64,000 bases of DNA from Alphaproteobacteria bacterium. GTDB taxonomy: Bacteria; Pseudomonadota; Alphaproteobacteria; SHVV01. Both the position numbers and the translations under genes were made by a program. Shown here in pieces: positions 27,889 through 38,004 of this stretch (the first letter of the stretch is position 1; every line of letters begins with the position of its first letter). The stretch lies in the NCBI GenBank assembly GCA_965261735.1, contig OZ253470.1, forward strand, positions 3,680,001 to 3,744,000. The letters are read 5' to 3'. The notes beneath the pieces were generated by a model that was not told where the DNA came from, searched no databases, and saw only the letters and a list, made by a program, of their open reading frames with translations.

Positions 27889-28821
27889 TTGACGCTATTT
27901 TTGCTAAGGCGTTTGGGCTACCTCGTCCTGACAATGCTGACCGTGTCGTTTCTTGTATTCCTTGTACTTGAGCTGTCGCCAGGCACTGTTGCCGACAAAG
28001 TACTCGGCCCCTACTCCACAGACGAGCAACGCCAGCTTTGGCTCGAGGCGCACGGGTATCTAGAGCCGTTCTGGGCTCGCTACCTCGACTGGCTCGGACG
28101 CTTCGCGGTCGGTGATTTTGGTGACTCAATCCGATTTCGGGTGCCGGTCGGCGAGGTGCTCTGGCCGCGCCTTCTAAACACGGCTATCCTCGGACTAACG
28201 GCGATGGCTATCATCGCACCGCTGTCGTCTCTGCTCGGCGTGCTCGCCGGCATGCGCGAGGGATCGGCGCTCGATCGGTCGATCTCGTTGCTTAGCGTCG
28301 GCACGACCTCCGTGCCCGAGTTCGCCTCCGCGGTTTTCATCTCCGCGATCTTCGTCTTCTGGCTCGGTTGGTTACCGGGCACGAGCGGCATGATCGATGG
28401 CTGGGACCCGGCCCAACTCGTCCTTCCGGTGTTGGTGCTCGTCCTCTATGACTTCGGCTACGTCGCCCGCATGACGCGGGCATCGATGGCAGAAATCATG
28501 ACGACGCCCTATATCCGCACGGCCGTGCTCAAGGGCCTGCCCTACTCACGTGTCATCGTTCGCCACGCTCTTCGTAATGCCCTGATCGCGCCCTTCACGG
28601 TGATCATGCTGCAGTTCAACTGGCTGCTGTCGGGCGTGATCGTGGTCGAGTTTTTCTTCGCCTACAAAGGCTTCGGGGCGCTGCTGCTGGAGGCCTCGCT
28701 CAACCAGGATGTCTACGTCATCGAAGCGTGCACGATGGTGGCGGTATCGGTCGCTGTGGTAACGCAAACCCTGGCTGATATCGGCTACACCTTCCTCAAT
28801 CCCCGCATCCGGTTCGGCTAG
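27889..28821 (+). CDS. DppB-like ABC permease
   Basis: GDFGDS, ARMTRASM, YIRTAVLKGL, HALRNAL, LNPRIR. Confidence 0.92.
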   Translation: MTLFLLRRLGYLVLTMLTVSFLVFLVLELSPGTVADKVLGPYSTDEQRQLWLEAHGYLEPFWARYLDWLGRFAVGDFGDSIRFRVPVGEVLWPRLLNTAILGLTAMAIIAPLSSLLGVLAGMREGSALDRSISLLSVGTTSVPEFASAVFISAIFVFWLGWLPGTSGMIDGWDPAQLVLPVLVLVLYDFGYVARMTRASMAEIMTTPYIRTAVLKGLPYSRVIVRHALRNALIAPFTVIMLQFNWLLSGVIVVEFFFAYKGFGALLLEASLNQDVYVIEACTMVAVSVAVVTQTLADIGYTFLNPRIRFG

Positions 28822-28841
28822 CGGATGAGCGGGCAGACCGA

Positions 28842-29723
28842 ATGAACTACATCTCGAGCAACACGCGGGCGCCAACAACCGTTGCTCGCGCGGCTCGATC
28901 CCTGGGTCTGTTGCGTGAGAGCCCGGTCGGGATGGTAGGCGCGGGGATTGTCGTCTTTTGGATCGTCGTTGCACTGACAGCGCCCTTGCTCGCGCCCTTT
29001 CCGCCCAACGCACAAATCCAGCCGATGACGGCGCCGTTTGCGGCCGCACCCGGGGGCGGCACATTCTGGTTCGGCACCGACAATCTTGGCCGCGACATCT
29101 TGAGCCGGGTTATGTGGGGCGCGCGCACGGTTCTCTTCTATGCCCCGCTGGCAACGTTGAGCGCATACGTCTTGGGTATCCTGATGGGGCTCGCGGCAGG
29201 GTACTGGCGCGGCTGGCTCGACGAGATCCTGTCGCGCGTGAGCGATATCATCCTGTCGTTCCCGGTACTGGTGCTCTACATCATCATTATCGCGACCGTC
29301 GGCGCTTCGGGCGTCAATATCGTACTTGCGGTGACGTTCGCCTCGGCACCCGGAATCATGCGCATCGTCCGAGGACTCGTGCTCGACCTGCGCAACCGCG
29401 ATTACGTAGCGGCGGCGCAAACGCGCGGCGAGAAGCCGTGGCACATCATGCTCGTAGAAATCCTGCCCAACGCCCGCGGGCCGATCATCGTCGACGCCTG
29501 CCTCAGGCTCGGCTACGTGACCATCACGATCGGCGTCCTCGGCTTCCTCGGACTTGGCCTGCCGCCGCCCGACCCCGATTGGGGCAGCATGGTCAACCAA
29601 GGACGCCCCATGGCCCTGGTCTTCCCGCACATGGTGCTGTTCCCCTGTGCAGCCATCTCGTCCCTGGTCCTCGGCTTCAACCTGCTGGCGGACGGGTTGC
29701 GCGAGATATCGCTGCGCGACTAG
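28842..29723 (+). CDS. DppC-like ABC permease
   Basis: GTDNLGRDILSR, DYVAAAQTRGE, PPPDPDWG, NLLADGLRE. Confidence 0.92.
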   Translation: MNYISSNTRAPTTVARAARSLGLLRESPVGMVGAGIVVFWIVVALTAPLLAPFPPNAQIQPMTAPFAAAPGGGTFWFGTDNLGRDILSRVMWGARTVLFYAPLATLSAYVLGILMGLAAGYWRGWLDEILSRVSDIILSFPVLVLYIIIIATVGASGVNIVLAVTFASAPGIMRIVRGLVLDLRNRDYVAAAQTRGEKPWHIMLVEILPNARGPIIVDACLRLGYVTITIGVLGFLGLGLPPPDPDWGSMVNQGRPMALVFPHMVLFPCAAISSLVLGFNLLADGLREISLRD

Positions 29724-29734
29724 GGAGGTCCAGC

Positions 29735-31786
29735 GTGCCCCTGCTCGAGATCGAGAACCTGTGCCTCTCCTACTACACGCGCGCCGGCGAGATACCGGCC
29801 GTCGCCGATTTCTCGCTCGCGATGGAGGCGGGCGAGAGCGTCGGCCTGGTCGGCGAATCCGGGTGCGGCAAATCGACCGTCGCCATGGGCATCATGCAGT
29901 ACATGGGCAACAACGGCGGTATCGTCGGCGGATCCATCAAGTTCAAGGGGCGTGACCTCGCGGAACTCAACCGCAACGAGCTGCGCCGGTTGCGCGGTGC
30001 TGAGATCTCGATGATCTACCAGGAGCCGATGGCGGCGCTCAATCCGAGCCTCACCGTCGGCGCCCAGCTCATGGAGGTGCCGCTCATCCACGACAGGGTC
30101 GGCAAGTCCGAGGCGCGCGAACGGGCGCTGGCGCTTTTGGACGACGTGCGCCTGCCCGACCCCGACCGGGTCATGGCCGCCTATCCGCACCAGCTCTCGG
30201 GCGGACAGCAGCAGCGTGTCGTCATCGCCATGGCCTTGCTGTCGAGCCCGTCGCTGTTGCTGCTCGACGAGCCGACGACGGCGCTCGATGTCACCGTGGA
30301 GGCCGGGATCGTCGGCCTGATCGGCGACATCAGCCGGAAGTACGGCACGGCTCTGCTCTACATCTCGCACAATCTCGGCTTGATCCGCGACGTCTGCGAC
30401 CGCGTCTGTGTGATGTACTCGGGCGAAGCCGTCGAGACGGGCACGGTCGAGGAGGTCTTCGGAACACCGCGCCATCCCTACACCCGCGGCCTGTTCGCGT
30501 GCATCCCGCTACCGAGCGCCGACAGGCGCGGACGGCCGCTGGTGCCGATCCGGGGACAGCTGCCCTTGCCGCACGAGCGCCCCGAGGGCTGCAACTTCGG
30601 ACCGCGCTGCGACCAATTCAGCGCCGGATTGTGCGATGCCGGCACGCTGCCGCTCGAAGAGGTGAGCGCCACCGCCGGGGTCCGCTGTGTGCGCTGGAGC
30701 GAGATCGGCGGCATCGAGCCGCGAGCGGCCGCGCGTGAGGAGTCGGTAGCGAGTGGCGAGGAAGTCCTGCGCGTCGAGGACATGCAAAAACACTATCCCG
30801 TCTACGACCGCTCGATCGGCGCCCTCGTCTCGGGCGGCGGCGTCCGCTACGTGAAAGCCAACGAGACCCTTACCTTTTCGGCCCGGCGGCACGAGACGGT
30901 GGCGATCGTTGGCGAATCGGGTTGCGGCAAGTCGACGCTCGCCAAGGTCGTCATGGGCCTCGAGACGGCGACGGCGGGCAGGGTCCGTTTTGGCGACGAC
31001 GACATCGGCCAGACGCCTGTCGGGAAGCGCTCCGCGGACCAGATCGGCGCTCTGCAAATGGTGTTCCAGAACCCGAACGATACGTTGAACCCGAGCCATA
31101 CCGTCGGTGCCCAGATCGGGCGCGCGATCCGAAAATTCGGCACCGACGTAACCGCCGACATGGTGCGCGAGCGCGTCCACCGGCTGCTCGATCTCGTCAA
31201 GATGCCGCGCGAGTTTGCCGGGCGCCGGCCGCGGCAGCTCTCGGGCGGGCAGAAGCAGCGTGTCGGCATTGCCCGCGCGCTGGCGGCCAACCCGTCGATC
31301 GTGGTCGCCGACGAGCCGGTGTCGGCGCTCGACGTCTCGGTACAGGCGGCCGTCACCGAGCTCCTGATGGACGTTCAGCGCGAGTTCGGCACCACCATGC
31401 TGTTCATCAGCCACGATCTCGGCGTCGTGCGCTACCTCGCCGATCGCGTCGTCGTCATGTATCTCGGCCAGATCATGGAGATCGGCACGACCGAGGAGAT
31501 CTTCTCGCCTCCCTATCACCCCTACACCGAAGCGCTCCTGGCCGCGGTACCGATCGCCGACTCGCGGGTCACCAAGCGGCACATCGTCCTCGAAGGGCCA
31601 CCGCCGAGCGTGCTCAATCCGCCGAGCGGATGCCCGTTCCATACCCGGTGCCCGAGGAAGCTCGGATCGATCTGCGAAACGACGCCGCCGCCGCACCACG
31701 AAGGCGCCGACGGTCACCGAATCGCGTGCCACATTCCGCTGGCGGAGCTCGAGGCCGCCGGCCCGGTTTTCGAGACCGTAGCCTGA
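29735..31786 (+). CDS. Fused DppD/DppF double ABC ATPase
   Basis: Two GESGCGKST Walker A motifs, two LSGGQ signatures, HPYT and Cys-rich tails; GTG at 29735 follows a GGAGG RBS. Confidence 0.92.
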   Translation: MPLLEIENLCLSYYTRAGEIPAVADFSLAMEAGESVGLVGESGCGKSTVAMGIMQYMGNNGGIVGGSIKFKGRDLAELNRNELRRLRGAEISMIYQEPMAALNPSLTVGAQLMEVPLIHDRVGKSEARERALALLDDVRLPDPDRVMAAYPHQLSGGQQQRVVIAMALLSSPSLLLLDEPTTALDVTVEAGIVGLIGDISRKYGTALLYISHNLGLIRDVCDRVCVMYSGEAVETGTVEEVFGTPRHPYTRGLFACIPLPSADRRGRPLVPIRGQLPLPHERPEGCNFGPRCDQFSAGLCDAGTLPLEEVSATAGVRCVRWSEIGGIEPRAAAREESVASGEEVLRVEDMQKHYPVYDRSIGALVSGGGVRYVKANETLTFSARRHETVAIVGESGCGKSTLAKVVMGLETATAGRVRFGDDDIGQTPVGKRSADQIGALQMVFQNPNDTLNPSHTVGAQIGRAIRKFGTDVTADMVRERVHRLLDLVKMPREFAGRRPRQLSGGQKQRVGIARALAANPSIVVADEPVSALDVSVQAAVTELLMDVQREFGTTMLFISHDLGVVRYLADRVVVMYLGQIMEIGTTEEIFSPPYHPYTEALLAAVPIADSRVTKRHIVLEGPPPSVLNPPSGCPFHTRCPRKLGSICETTPPPHHEGADGHRIACHIPLAELEAAGPVFETVA

Positions 31787-31867
31787 CGACCGCACGCTAC
31801 ACGTAACCGTGATGGCACATCGGCGGCCATTGAGGTAGCGTTGGCTTGGACCCTGAGGAAACGCGCC

Positions 31868-32863
31868 ATGCCCTTCAAGCCATCGCTTACGGCTTTCATG
31901 GTTGCCGTTATCGTTGCGGTCGGCACTGCGCCGGCACACTTGGCGCGTGCGGCCGGGAACGATCCGATTTCCGCCATCGTCCGGCTGACGGCGGAGGTGC
32001 CGCCCGAGGCGACTACCGCGCGGGCGCTCGGCACCCGCCGCGAGGGCAATGGTATCGTCATCGATGACAGCGGCCTCGTTCTGACGATCGGCTATCTGAT
32101 CCTCGAGGCGATGTCGGTCACGGTTTACGACGGCGACGGCCCACCGGTTGCGGCCGACATCATCGCCTACGACTACGATACCGGCTTCGGACTCGTGCGG
32201 GCGACGCGGCCGCTGGGCGTCAGGCCCATCGAACTCGGTGATTCGTCGCAGCTCAAGGAGAGCGACCCGGTGCTTGTCGCCGGCCAGCGAGGCGCCGCCA
32301 CGGCGGTTGGCGCCTACGTCGTATCGCGGCGCGAATTCGCCGGCTACTGGGAGTACCTCCTCGACAACGCCATCTTCACCTCACCGCCCCACCTCAACTG
32401 GGGAGGGGCAGCCCTGATCGGCCGCGACGGCAAGCTCCTCGGCGTGGGATCGCTTCTGGTCAACAACGCGCGCGCCAAGGACGAGGTGCTTCCCGGCAAC
32501 ATGTTCGTCCCTATCAACCTGCTGAAGCCGATCTTCGCCGATCTGCTGAGCGAGGGCCAGGCAACGGGCAAGGTCAAGCCGTGGCTCGGCGTCTTCGCGG
32601 CCGAGCGCGGCGGGCACGTGGTGATCCTCAGTGTCCGCTCGGGCGGACCAGCGGCCGACGCCGGCATCGAAGCGGGCGATCTCGTCATCGACGTCGGCGG
32701 CAAGCAAGTGGGCAGCGTGCCGGAGTTCTACCGGAGCGTCTGGGCTCGGGGCGAGGCCGGCATCGAGGTGCCGCTGAGGTTGAGGCGGGCCGGAACCGTG
32801 CGGCAGATGGTCGTCACGTCCGGCGACCGCAAAGACTATTTGCGGTTCTCGCGCACCTACTAA
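31868..32863 (+). CDS. HtrA/S1C-like trypsin + PDZ protein lacking the canonical catalytic His/Ser
   Basis: GNGIVID, LTIGYLI (usually TNxHV), NWGGAAL (usually NSGG), PDZ PWLGV...GPAADAGI. Confidence 0.8.
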   Translation: MPFKPSLTAFMVAVIVAVGTAPAHLARAAGNDPISAIVRLTAEVPPEATTARALGTRREGNGIVIDDSGLVLTIGYLILEAMSVTVYDGDGPPVAADIIAYDYDTGFGLVRATRPLGVRPIELGDSSQLKESDPVLVAGQRGAATAVGAYVVSRREFAGYWEYLLDNAIFTSPPHLNWGGAALIGRDGKLLGVGSLLVNNARAKDEVLPGNMFVPINLLKPIFADLLSEGQATGKVKPWLGVFAAERGGHVVILSVRSGGPAADAGIEAGDLVIDVGGKQVGSVPEFYRSVWARGEAGIEVPLRLRRAGTVRQMVVTSGDRKDYLRFSRTY

Positions 32864-33616
32864 AGCAAGCATCGAAGGCGCCCGCGCCCTCGTGCGCGGG
32901 CGGCACGCGCGCGCCACCTAGCGGACGGCCATGAGGCCCGGTGCCGGGGCGCCGGTCCTCGCTCGCTTAATCTTAATAATCAATCTTACTCGTTAGTTTT
33001 GTTACTTCGCCACTATTGATCGTGGCCCCATGTTATTCGATCTAATCTTAAATGCGTCCTTGCCTATCCGGTTTACACCCACACCCACTAGGGCTAGAAT
33101 GGGCGCAAACCGGATATAGGGGAGCGCGCCATGGATGTTCTCGACCGCGCCGATCTCCCATTCCCGCATTCGCTACCCGAGTTCCAGCGACTTTTCCCCG
33201 ATGATGCGGCCTGCGCCGCCTACCTGGAGAAAGCCCGCTGGGGAGACGGCTTTGCCTGCCCGCACTGCGGCACGGCGGGAGAGCCGTTCCACTTTGAAAA
33301 CCGCCCTGGCGTCCTGCGCTGCCGCAAGTGCCGCCAGAACACCGGGCTGACGGTGGGAACAGTGATGGAGCGTAGCCACACTCCGCTGAACGTCTGGTTC
33401 TGGGCCGCTTATCTGGTCGCCAGTCAGACGCCCGGCATGTCCGCCGTGCAGTTTCAGCGGCAACTTGCGGAATCTCACGAAGGTAGCCACCGATTCTCAC
33501 CATGGTAGCCACCCAATCTCACCAAGGTAGCCACCCCTCGGGGGCGGCGGGTTTTGGTGCGACTCAGGGTGTCATCGTACGCCTCGGACTTTCGCGATTG
33601 GTCCGAGGGGTACGGG

Positions 33617-35146
33617 ATGGCACAGGGAAGGTTACCGATGAGAAAGGTGAAGAGGATTCTTGCGTTTCATTTCGACGAGGGCCGCAGCGCCCGCGCGATC
33701 GCCACCCACTGCGGCCCAGCGCGGCGCTCGGTGGCGCAGACCCTGGAGCGGTTCGCCGCCTCGGGGCTGAGCTGGCCGGAGGCCCGCGACCTGGACGAGG
33801 AGGTCCTGGAGGCGGCGCTCTATCGGAGGTCCCGGGCTTCGGATTGGCCGGAGGTGGACTGGGCGAAGGTCGAGAAAGACCTGTCCGGCCGCGGCATGAC
33901 GCTGATGCTGCTGTGGGAGGAATGGCGCGAGACGCATCCCGACGGGATGAGCTATCCGACCTGGTGTCGCCGTTTCCGGGAATGGCGACCGCGCCGGGAC
34001 GTGACGATGCGCCAAAATCGCCGTCCCGGAGAGCGGCTGTTCGTCGATTACGCCGGCATGACGATTGTGCTCCTGGTCGACGGGGTCGAGCACGAGGCGC
34101 AGGTGTTCGTGGCCTCGATGGGGGTCTCGGGGCGGCTCTACGCCGAGGCGACGCTGACCCAGAAGATCGAGGACTGGTGCGCTTCGCACGTGCGCTGCTT
34201 CGAGGACATGGGCTGGGCGCCGCAGCTGGTGGTGCCCGACAACCTCAAGCCGGCGGTGACGCAGCCGTCGCGCTACGAGCCGGTCCTGAACGAGACCTAC
34301 GCCGATCTGCTCGAACATTACGGCGTCCAGGGCCTGCCGGCGCGGGTCCGGCGCCCGCGCGACAAGGGACTCGTCGAGCAAGGAGTGCTACACGTTGAGC
34401 GCAGGGTCCTGGCGCCGCTGCGCAACCATGTCTTCCATGATCTGGCGTCGCTGAACCGGGCGATCGCTGCCCGGGCCCGGAAGATCAACGAGCGCCCCTA
34501 TGCCGATGGCACGGGCGAGAACCGCTACAGCCGTTTCGAGAGTGTCGATCTTCTCCACATGCGGCCCCTGCCGGACCGGCGCTGGCAGCGCACGCAGTGG
34601 CGCAAGAACACGGTGCACCGCGATTACCACATCGCCATCGACCGGCACTTCTACTCGGTGCCCTACCAGTACGTCGGCAAGGAGGTCGATGTCCGCCTGC
34701 GCGGATCGGTGATCGACGTCTTCCACCGAGGCCGGCAGATCGCCAGCCATCTCCGCAGCCAGGCCAGAGGCCGCGCCACCACGCTCAGGGAACACCAGCC
34801 GCAGGCACATCAGCGCGCCGGCGTCGAGGACACCCGCGTCCGGCTGGAGGACAAGGCCCGGGATCTCGGCCCCCATGTCCACGCCTTCGTCACGGCGGTC
34901 ATGGAGCGCAATCCCAATCCGGAGTTCGGCTTCCGCTCGTGCTACGGCGTTCTGCGGCTCGCCAACGGCCACGAGCCGGCGCGCTTCGACGCCGCCTGCC
35001 GCTACGCGCTGGAGCTCGGCACCCGAACCTATCGCGGCCTCGACAACATCCTGCGCACCGGCGCCGATCGCGCCGCCGCCGAGCAGGAACCCGTGGCCCT
35101 GCCCCTCGATCATCCAAACATTAGAGGACCGGAGTATTACAGATGA
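33617..35146 (+). CDS. istA: IS21 transposase IstA
   Basis: PGERLFVDYAG, VPDNLK, PRDKGLVE, YSVPY. Confidence 0.95.
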   Translation: MAQGRLPMRKVKRILAFHFDEGRSARAIATHCGPARRSVAQTLERFAASGLSWPEARDLDEEVLEAALYRRSRASDWPEVDWAKVEKDLSGRGMTLMLLWEEWRETHPDGMSYPTWCRRFREWRPRRDVTMRQNRRPGERLFVDYAGMTIVLLVDGVEHEAQVFVASMGVSGRLYAEATLTQKIEDWCASHVRCFEDMGWAPQLVVPDNLKPAVTQPSRYEPVLNETYADLLEHYGVQGLPARVRRPRDKGLVEQGVLHVERRVLAPLRNHVFHDLASLNRAIAARARKINERPYADGTGENRYSRFESVDLLHMRPLPDRRWQRTQWRKNTVHRDYHIAIDRHFYSVPYQYVGKEVDVRLRGSVIDVFHRGRQIASHLRSQARGRATTLREHQPQAHQRAGVEDTRVRLEDKARDLGPHVHAFVTAVMERNPNPEFGFRSCYGVLRLANGHEPARFDAACRYALELGTRTYRGLDNILRTGADRAAAEQEPVALPLDHPNIRGPEYYR

Positions 35147-35904
35147 CCGATAACGCCGTATCCCACCCCCTGGCCGCGCGCATATCCGAGCTGCGCCTGC
35201 CCGGGATGCAGGCCGCCTTCCTCGAACAGATGGCGCGCCACGACCTCAATGACATGACCTTCGAGGACCGCCTCGCGTTGCTGATCGACCGCGAGATCGC
35301 CGAGCGCCGATCCAGAGCCCTGCAGCGGCGGCTCAAGAAGGCCCAGCTCCGCCACCAGGACGCCTGCTTCGAGGACATCAACCTGAGCCGCCCCCGCGGC
35401 CTCGACCGCAGCCTCGTGCTCGGCCTCGGCGACTGCGTGTGGGTCCGCAACGGCGCCAATATCCTGATCACCGGCCCCTGCGGCACCGGCAAGTCCTGGA
35501 TCGCGTGCGCCTTCGCCCACAAGGCCTGCCTCGAAGGGTACCAGGCCCAGTACCTGCGCGTGCCGCGGCTGCTCACCGATCTGCGGATCGCCCATGGCGA
35601 GGGCACCATACCGAAGCTCTACCGCGATCTCGCCCGCATCGAGGTGCTCATCCTCGACGACTGGGGCCTAGCGCCGATCGACGGCGCGCGGGCACGCGAC
35701 CTCCTCGAGATCCTCGATGATCGCTTCGGCCGGCGCTCGGTGGTCGCCACCAGCCAACTCCCGGTCGCCGACTGGCACCGGCAGCTCAACGATCCCACCC
35801 TCGCCGATGCAATCCTCGATCGCCTCGTCCACGGCGCCACCCGGATCGAGCTGCACGGCACGTCCATGCGCACCGATGATGCCGACGCTGCTACCAAGTC
35901 ATGA
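35143..35904 (+). CDS. istB: IS21 helper AAA+ ATPase IstB
   Basis: GPCGTGKS, LILDDWG, ADAILDRLVH; ATGA overlap with istA. Confidence 0.96.
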   Translation: MTDNAVSHPLAARISELRLPGMQAAFLEQMARHDLNDMTFEDRLALLIDREIAERRSRALQRRLKKAQLRHQDACFEDINLSRPRGLDRSLVLGLGDCVWVRNGANILITGPCGTGKSWIACAFAHKACLEGYQAQYLRVPRLLTDLRIAHGEGTIPKLYRDLARIEVLILDDWGLAPIDGARARDLLEILDDRFGRRSVVATSQLPVADWHRQLNDPTLADAILDRLVHGATRIELHGTSMRTDDADAATKS

Positions 35905-36610
35905 ACGCGGCAGGGGGCCCGCGCTTCGCGCGGCAGAATCGTCGCTCCGCTCCGGGACATCGGAGAAAACGGACGGCTCGTGCGACAGCATGGTGCGCGC
36001 GCGCCGCTCCGACTCGTGAGGGGTCACGCGTCGCGCGCGCACCATGCCCCACCGCCTTGCCGCAGGGCCTTCGGCGATGGTATCGCTGAACAGGAAATCG
36101 TCAAGGGGGAACTGCCGACAATAACGTGATCCCTCGCTCCGCTCGGGGGTGGCTACCATGGTGAGAATCAGTGGCTACCTTGAGTGAGAATCGCCGGCTA
36201 CGTTGGTGAGAATCCGCAGCAACTTGGTCTTTCGCGCTACGAGACGGCCTTTCAAATTCTCCACAAGCTCCGCTCGGGCATGGTGCGGCCCAACCAAGAC
36301 AGGATCGGTGGACAGCCCAAGAACCATGTTGAGGTGGACGAAACCTGGGTTGGCGGGCGAACGCGTGGGGAAGGCCGTGGTGTTCACCACAAGGTTCCCG
36401 TCTCCTGTGCCATCGAGGTGCGTCATCGAAAGCCGGGCACCAAGCTCGACAACCGGAAAGACGGACGCTATGCCGGACGCGTTCGGCTCGCCGTCGTGCT
36501 CGACCGTAGCGCCGAGTCGCTCTGTGGGTTCGTCGAGAGCACCGTCGCGCCGCGATCGCTGATCGTTACTGACGATTGGAGCGGCTATGCTGGCCTCGGT
36601 AAGCGCGGCT

Positions 36611-38004
36611 GGTTGTGTCTCGAAAGTGGTGGAAATTGGTTTTGGCGCCTCTCCGAGCGGGTTGAGTTTTGCGGCGGTCAGGCTGCGCGGTCAAGGGTTT
36701 CGTCGGCGATTAGCTGATCGAGGGTTTCCCATCCATCGACTTTGCGCATCTGGATTTGGCCGGAAGCGAGGAGTGCCCAGAGGAGCATCGGCACTGTTTC
36801 GGGACACGGCAGCACGGTCTGTGTTTTGATCCGGCGCTTGAACTCCTCGTTGAGACGCTCAATGGCGTTGGTCGTTCGGGCTGATTTCCATTGGCTCTTG
36901 GACAGGCGCGTGAAGGTAAAGAGCTTGTCGCCCGCTTCTGCGAGGCTGTCCGCGACGGCCCTGCATTTCAGCCGCCACTTGCGGACAAACGCCTTGCGGC
37001 GGGTTTCCACCTCGGAGGCAGTGTCGGCATAGATCATATCGCGGTAATCTTCGCTCAGCTCGTCATGCATGTGTTTGGGAGCATGACCCAGAAGGTTGCG
37101 GTGCTTGTGCACGGTGCAGCGTTGAACGGGAAGGTCATCGCCCCAAAGCGCCGACAGAGCCGCCTCCAGTCCCGGCGCGCCATCGACGATGACAAACCCG
37201 GGCCGTTTCAGTCCACGCGCATCAAGGTCGTCGAGGAACTGGCGCCACGCCGCCTGGCTTTCTCCGCCCATATTCCCGATCGAAAGCAAGACCTTCTGGC
37301 CATCCCGGCGCACCCCTATAGCCGCGAGAACCGAGATGTTGGTGGCCTTGCGGTCCAGTCGGGTCTTGATCACAGTGCCGTCAAGGATCAGCCGAACGAT
37401 ATCCTCATCCGCGAGGCCACGGCTGCACCAGGCGTCCCAATCGACCTTCACCTTGCGCCACGCCCGGCTCACAACGTCCTTGCTCACAGCACCCCGGAAG
37501 AGCCCGAACAGCGCGCGTTTCACCCGCCGCGTGTTGGTTCCGGACAGATACACCGAAGCGATCAGCGCCTCGGCCTTTCTGGTCAGCCGCTGGTAGCGCG
37601 GCAGCGCCCGCGAACGCCATTCCGACGCCCGACCGTCTTCCTCAACGATCCGCGCACGCGGCACGCTCACCCTCTCGGTCCCGAATGTCCCCGTCAGTTG
37701 CCGCTCCCGGTGCCCGTTCCGATACCCTTGCCGAAGCGCGTCCTCTCGACCGTATCGGCAGCGCCCGAGAAACTGCGCAAGTTCCTCCTCAAAAACGGCC
37801 TCGATCGTGGATCTGATGTTCTCCCGCAGCCGGTCCTCGAGCGGATCATAGCCGGCGTCATTGGCCAGTAGCGAAAGCGCGGAAGTCTCGGTAGTGTTCT
37901 TCATGGCGTGATCTCCTTGGCGGTGCTAGCCGCCGATTGGGTGGTTGTCTTGTCACCCGGAGATTACGCCATCCTCAAATTTCCACCACTTTCGAGACAC
38001 AGCC
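36611..38004 (-). mobile_element. IS256-family element (1394 bp)
   Basis: 27-bp IR gg(t/c)tgtgtctcgaaagtggtggaaatt; 8-bp TSD gcgcggct (36603-36610, 38005-38012). Confidence 0.96.
36678..37904 (-). CDS. IS256 (Mutator-type) transposase
   Basis: GYRNG, LILDG, IVDGAPGL, QRCTVHK, TTNAIERLNEEFKRR. Confidence 0.95.
   Translation of the reverse strand: MKNTTETSALSLLANDAGYDPLEDRLRENIRSTIEAVFEEELAQFLGRCRYGREDALRQGYRNGHRERQLTGTFGTERVSVPRARIVEEDGRASEWRSRALPRYQRLTRKAEALIASVYLSGTNTRRVKRALFGLFRGAVSKDVVSRAWRKVKVDWDAWCSRGLADEDIVRLILDGTVIKTRLDRKATNISVLAAIGVRRDGQKVLLSIGNMGGESQAAWRQFLDDLDARGLKRPGFVIVDGAPGLEAALSALWGDDLPVQRCTVHKHRNLLGHAPKHMHDELSEDYRDMIYADTASEVETRRKAFVRKWRLKCRAVADSLAEAGDKLFTFTRLSKSQWKSARTTNAIERLNEEFKRRIKTQTVLPCPETVPMLLWALLASGQIQMRKVDGWETLDQLIADETLDRAA

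Larger units (their letters stand above)
33466..36218 (+). mobile_element. IS21-family element (2753 bp)
   Basis: TG...CA ends, imperfect IR tgcggaatctcacgaaggtagcc / ggctacgttggtgagaatccgca, 6-bp TSD gcaact (33460-33465, 36219-36224), three ~21-bp repeats at each end. Confidence 0.96.

Noticed and set aside
28958-29734. Apparent N-terminal extension giving a 942-aa ABC ATPase
   Set aside because: It overlaps the DppC permease in another frame; the real start is GTG 29735 after a GGAGG RBS.
33466-33536. Three ~21-bp direct repeats (mirrored at 36148-36218) resembling a mini-CRISPR
   Set aside because: No unique spacers and no cas genes; these are standard IS21 terminal transposase-binding repeats.
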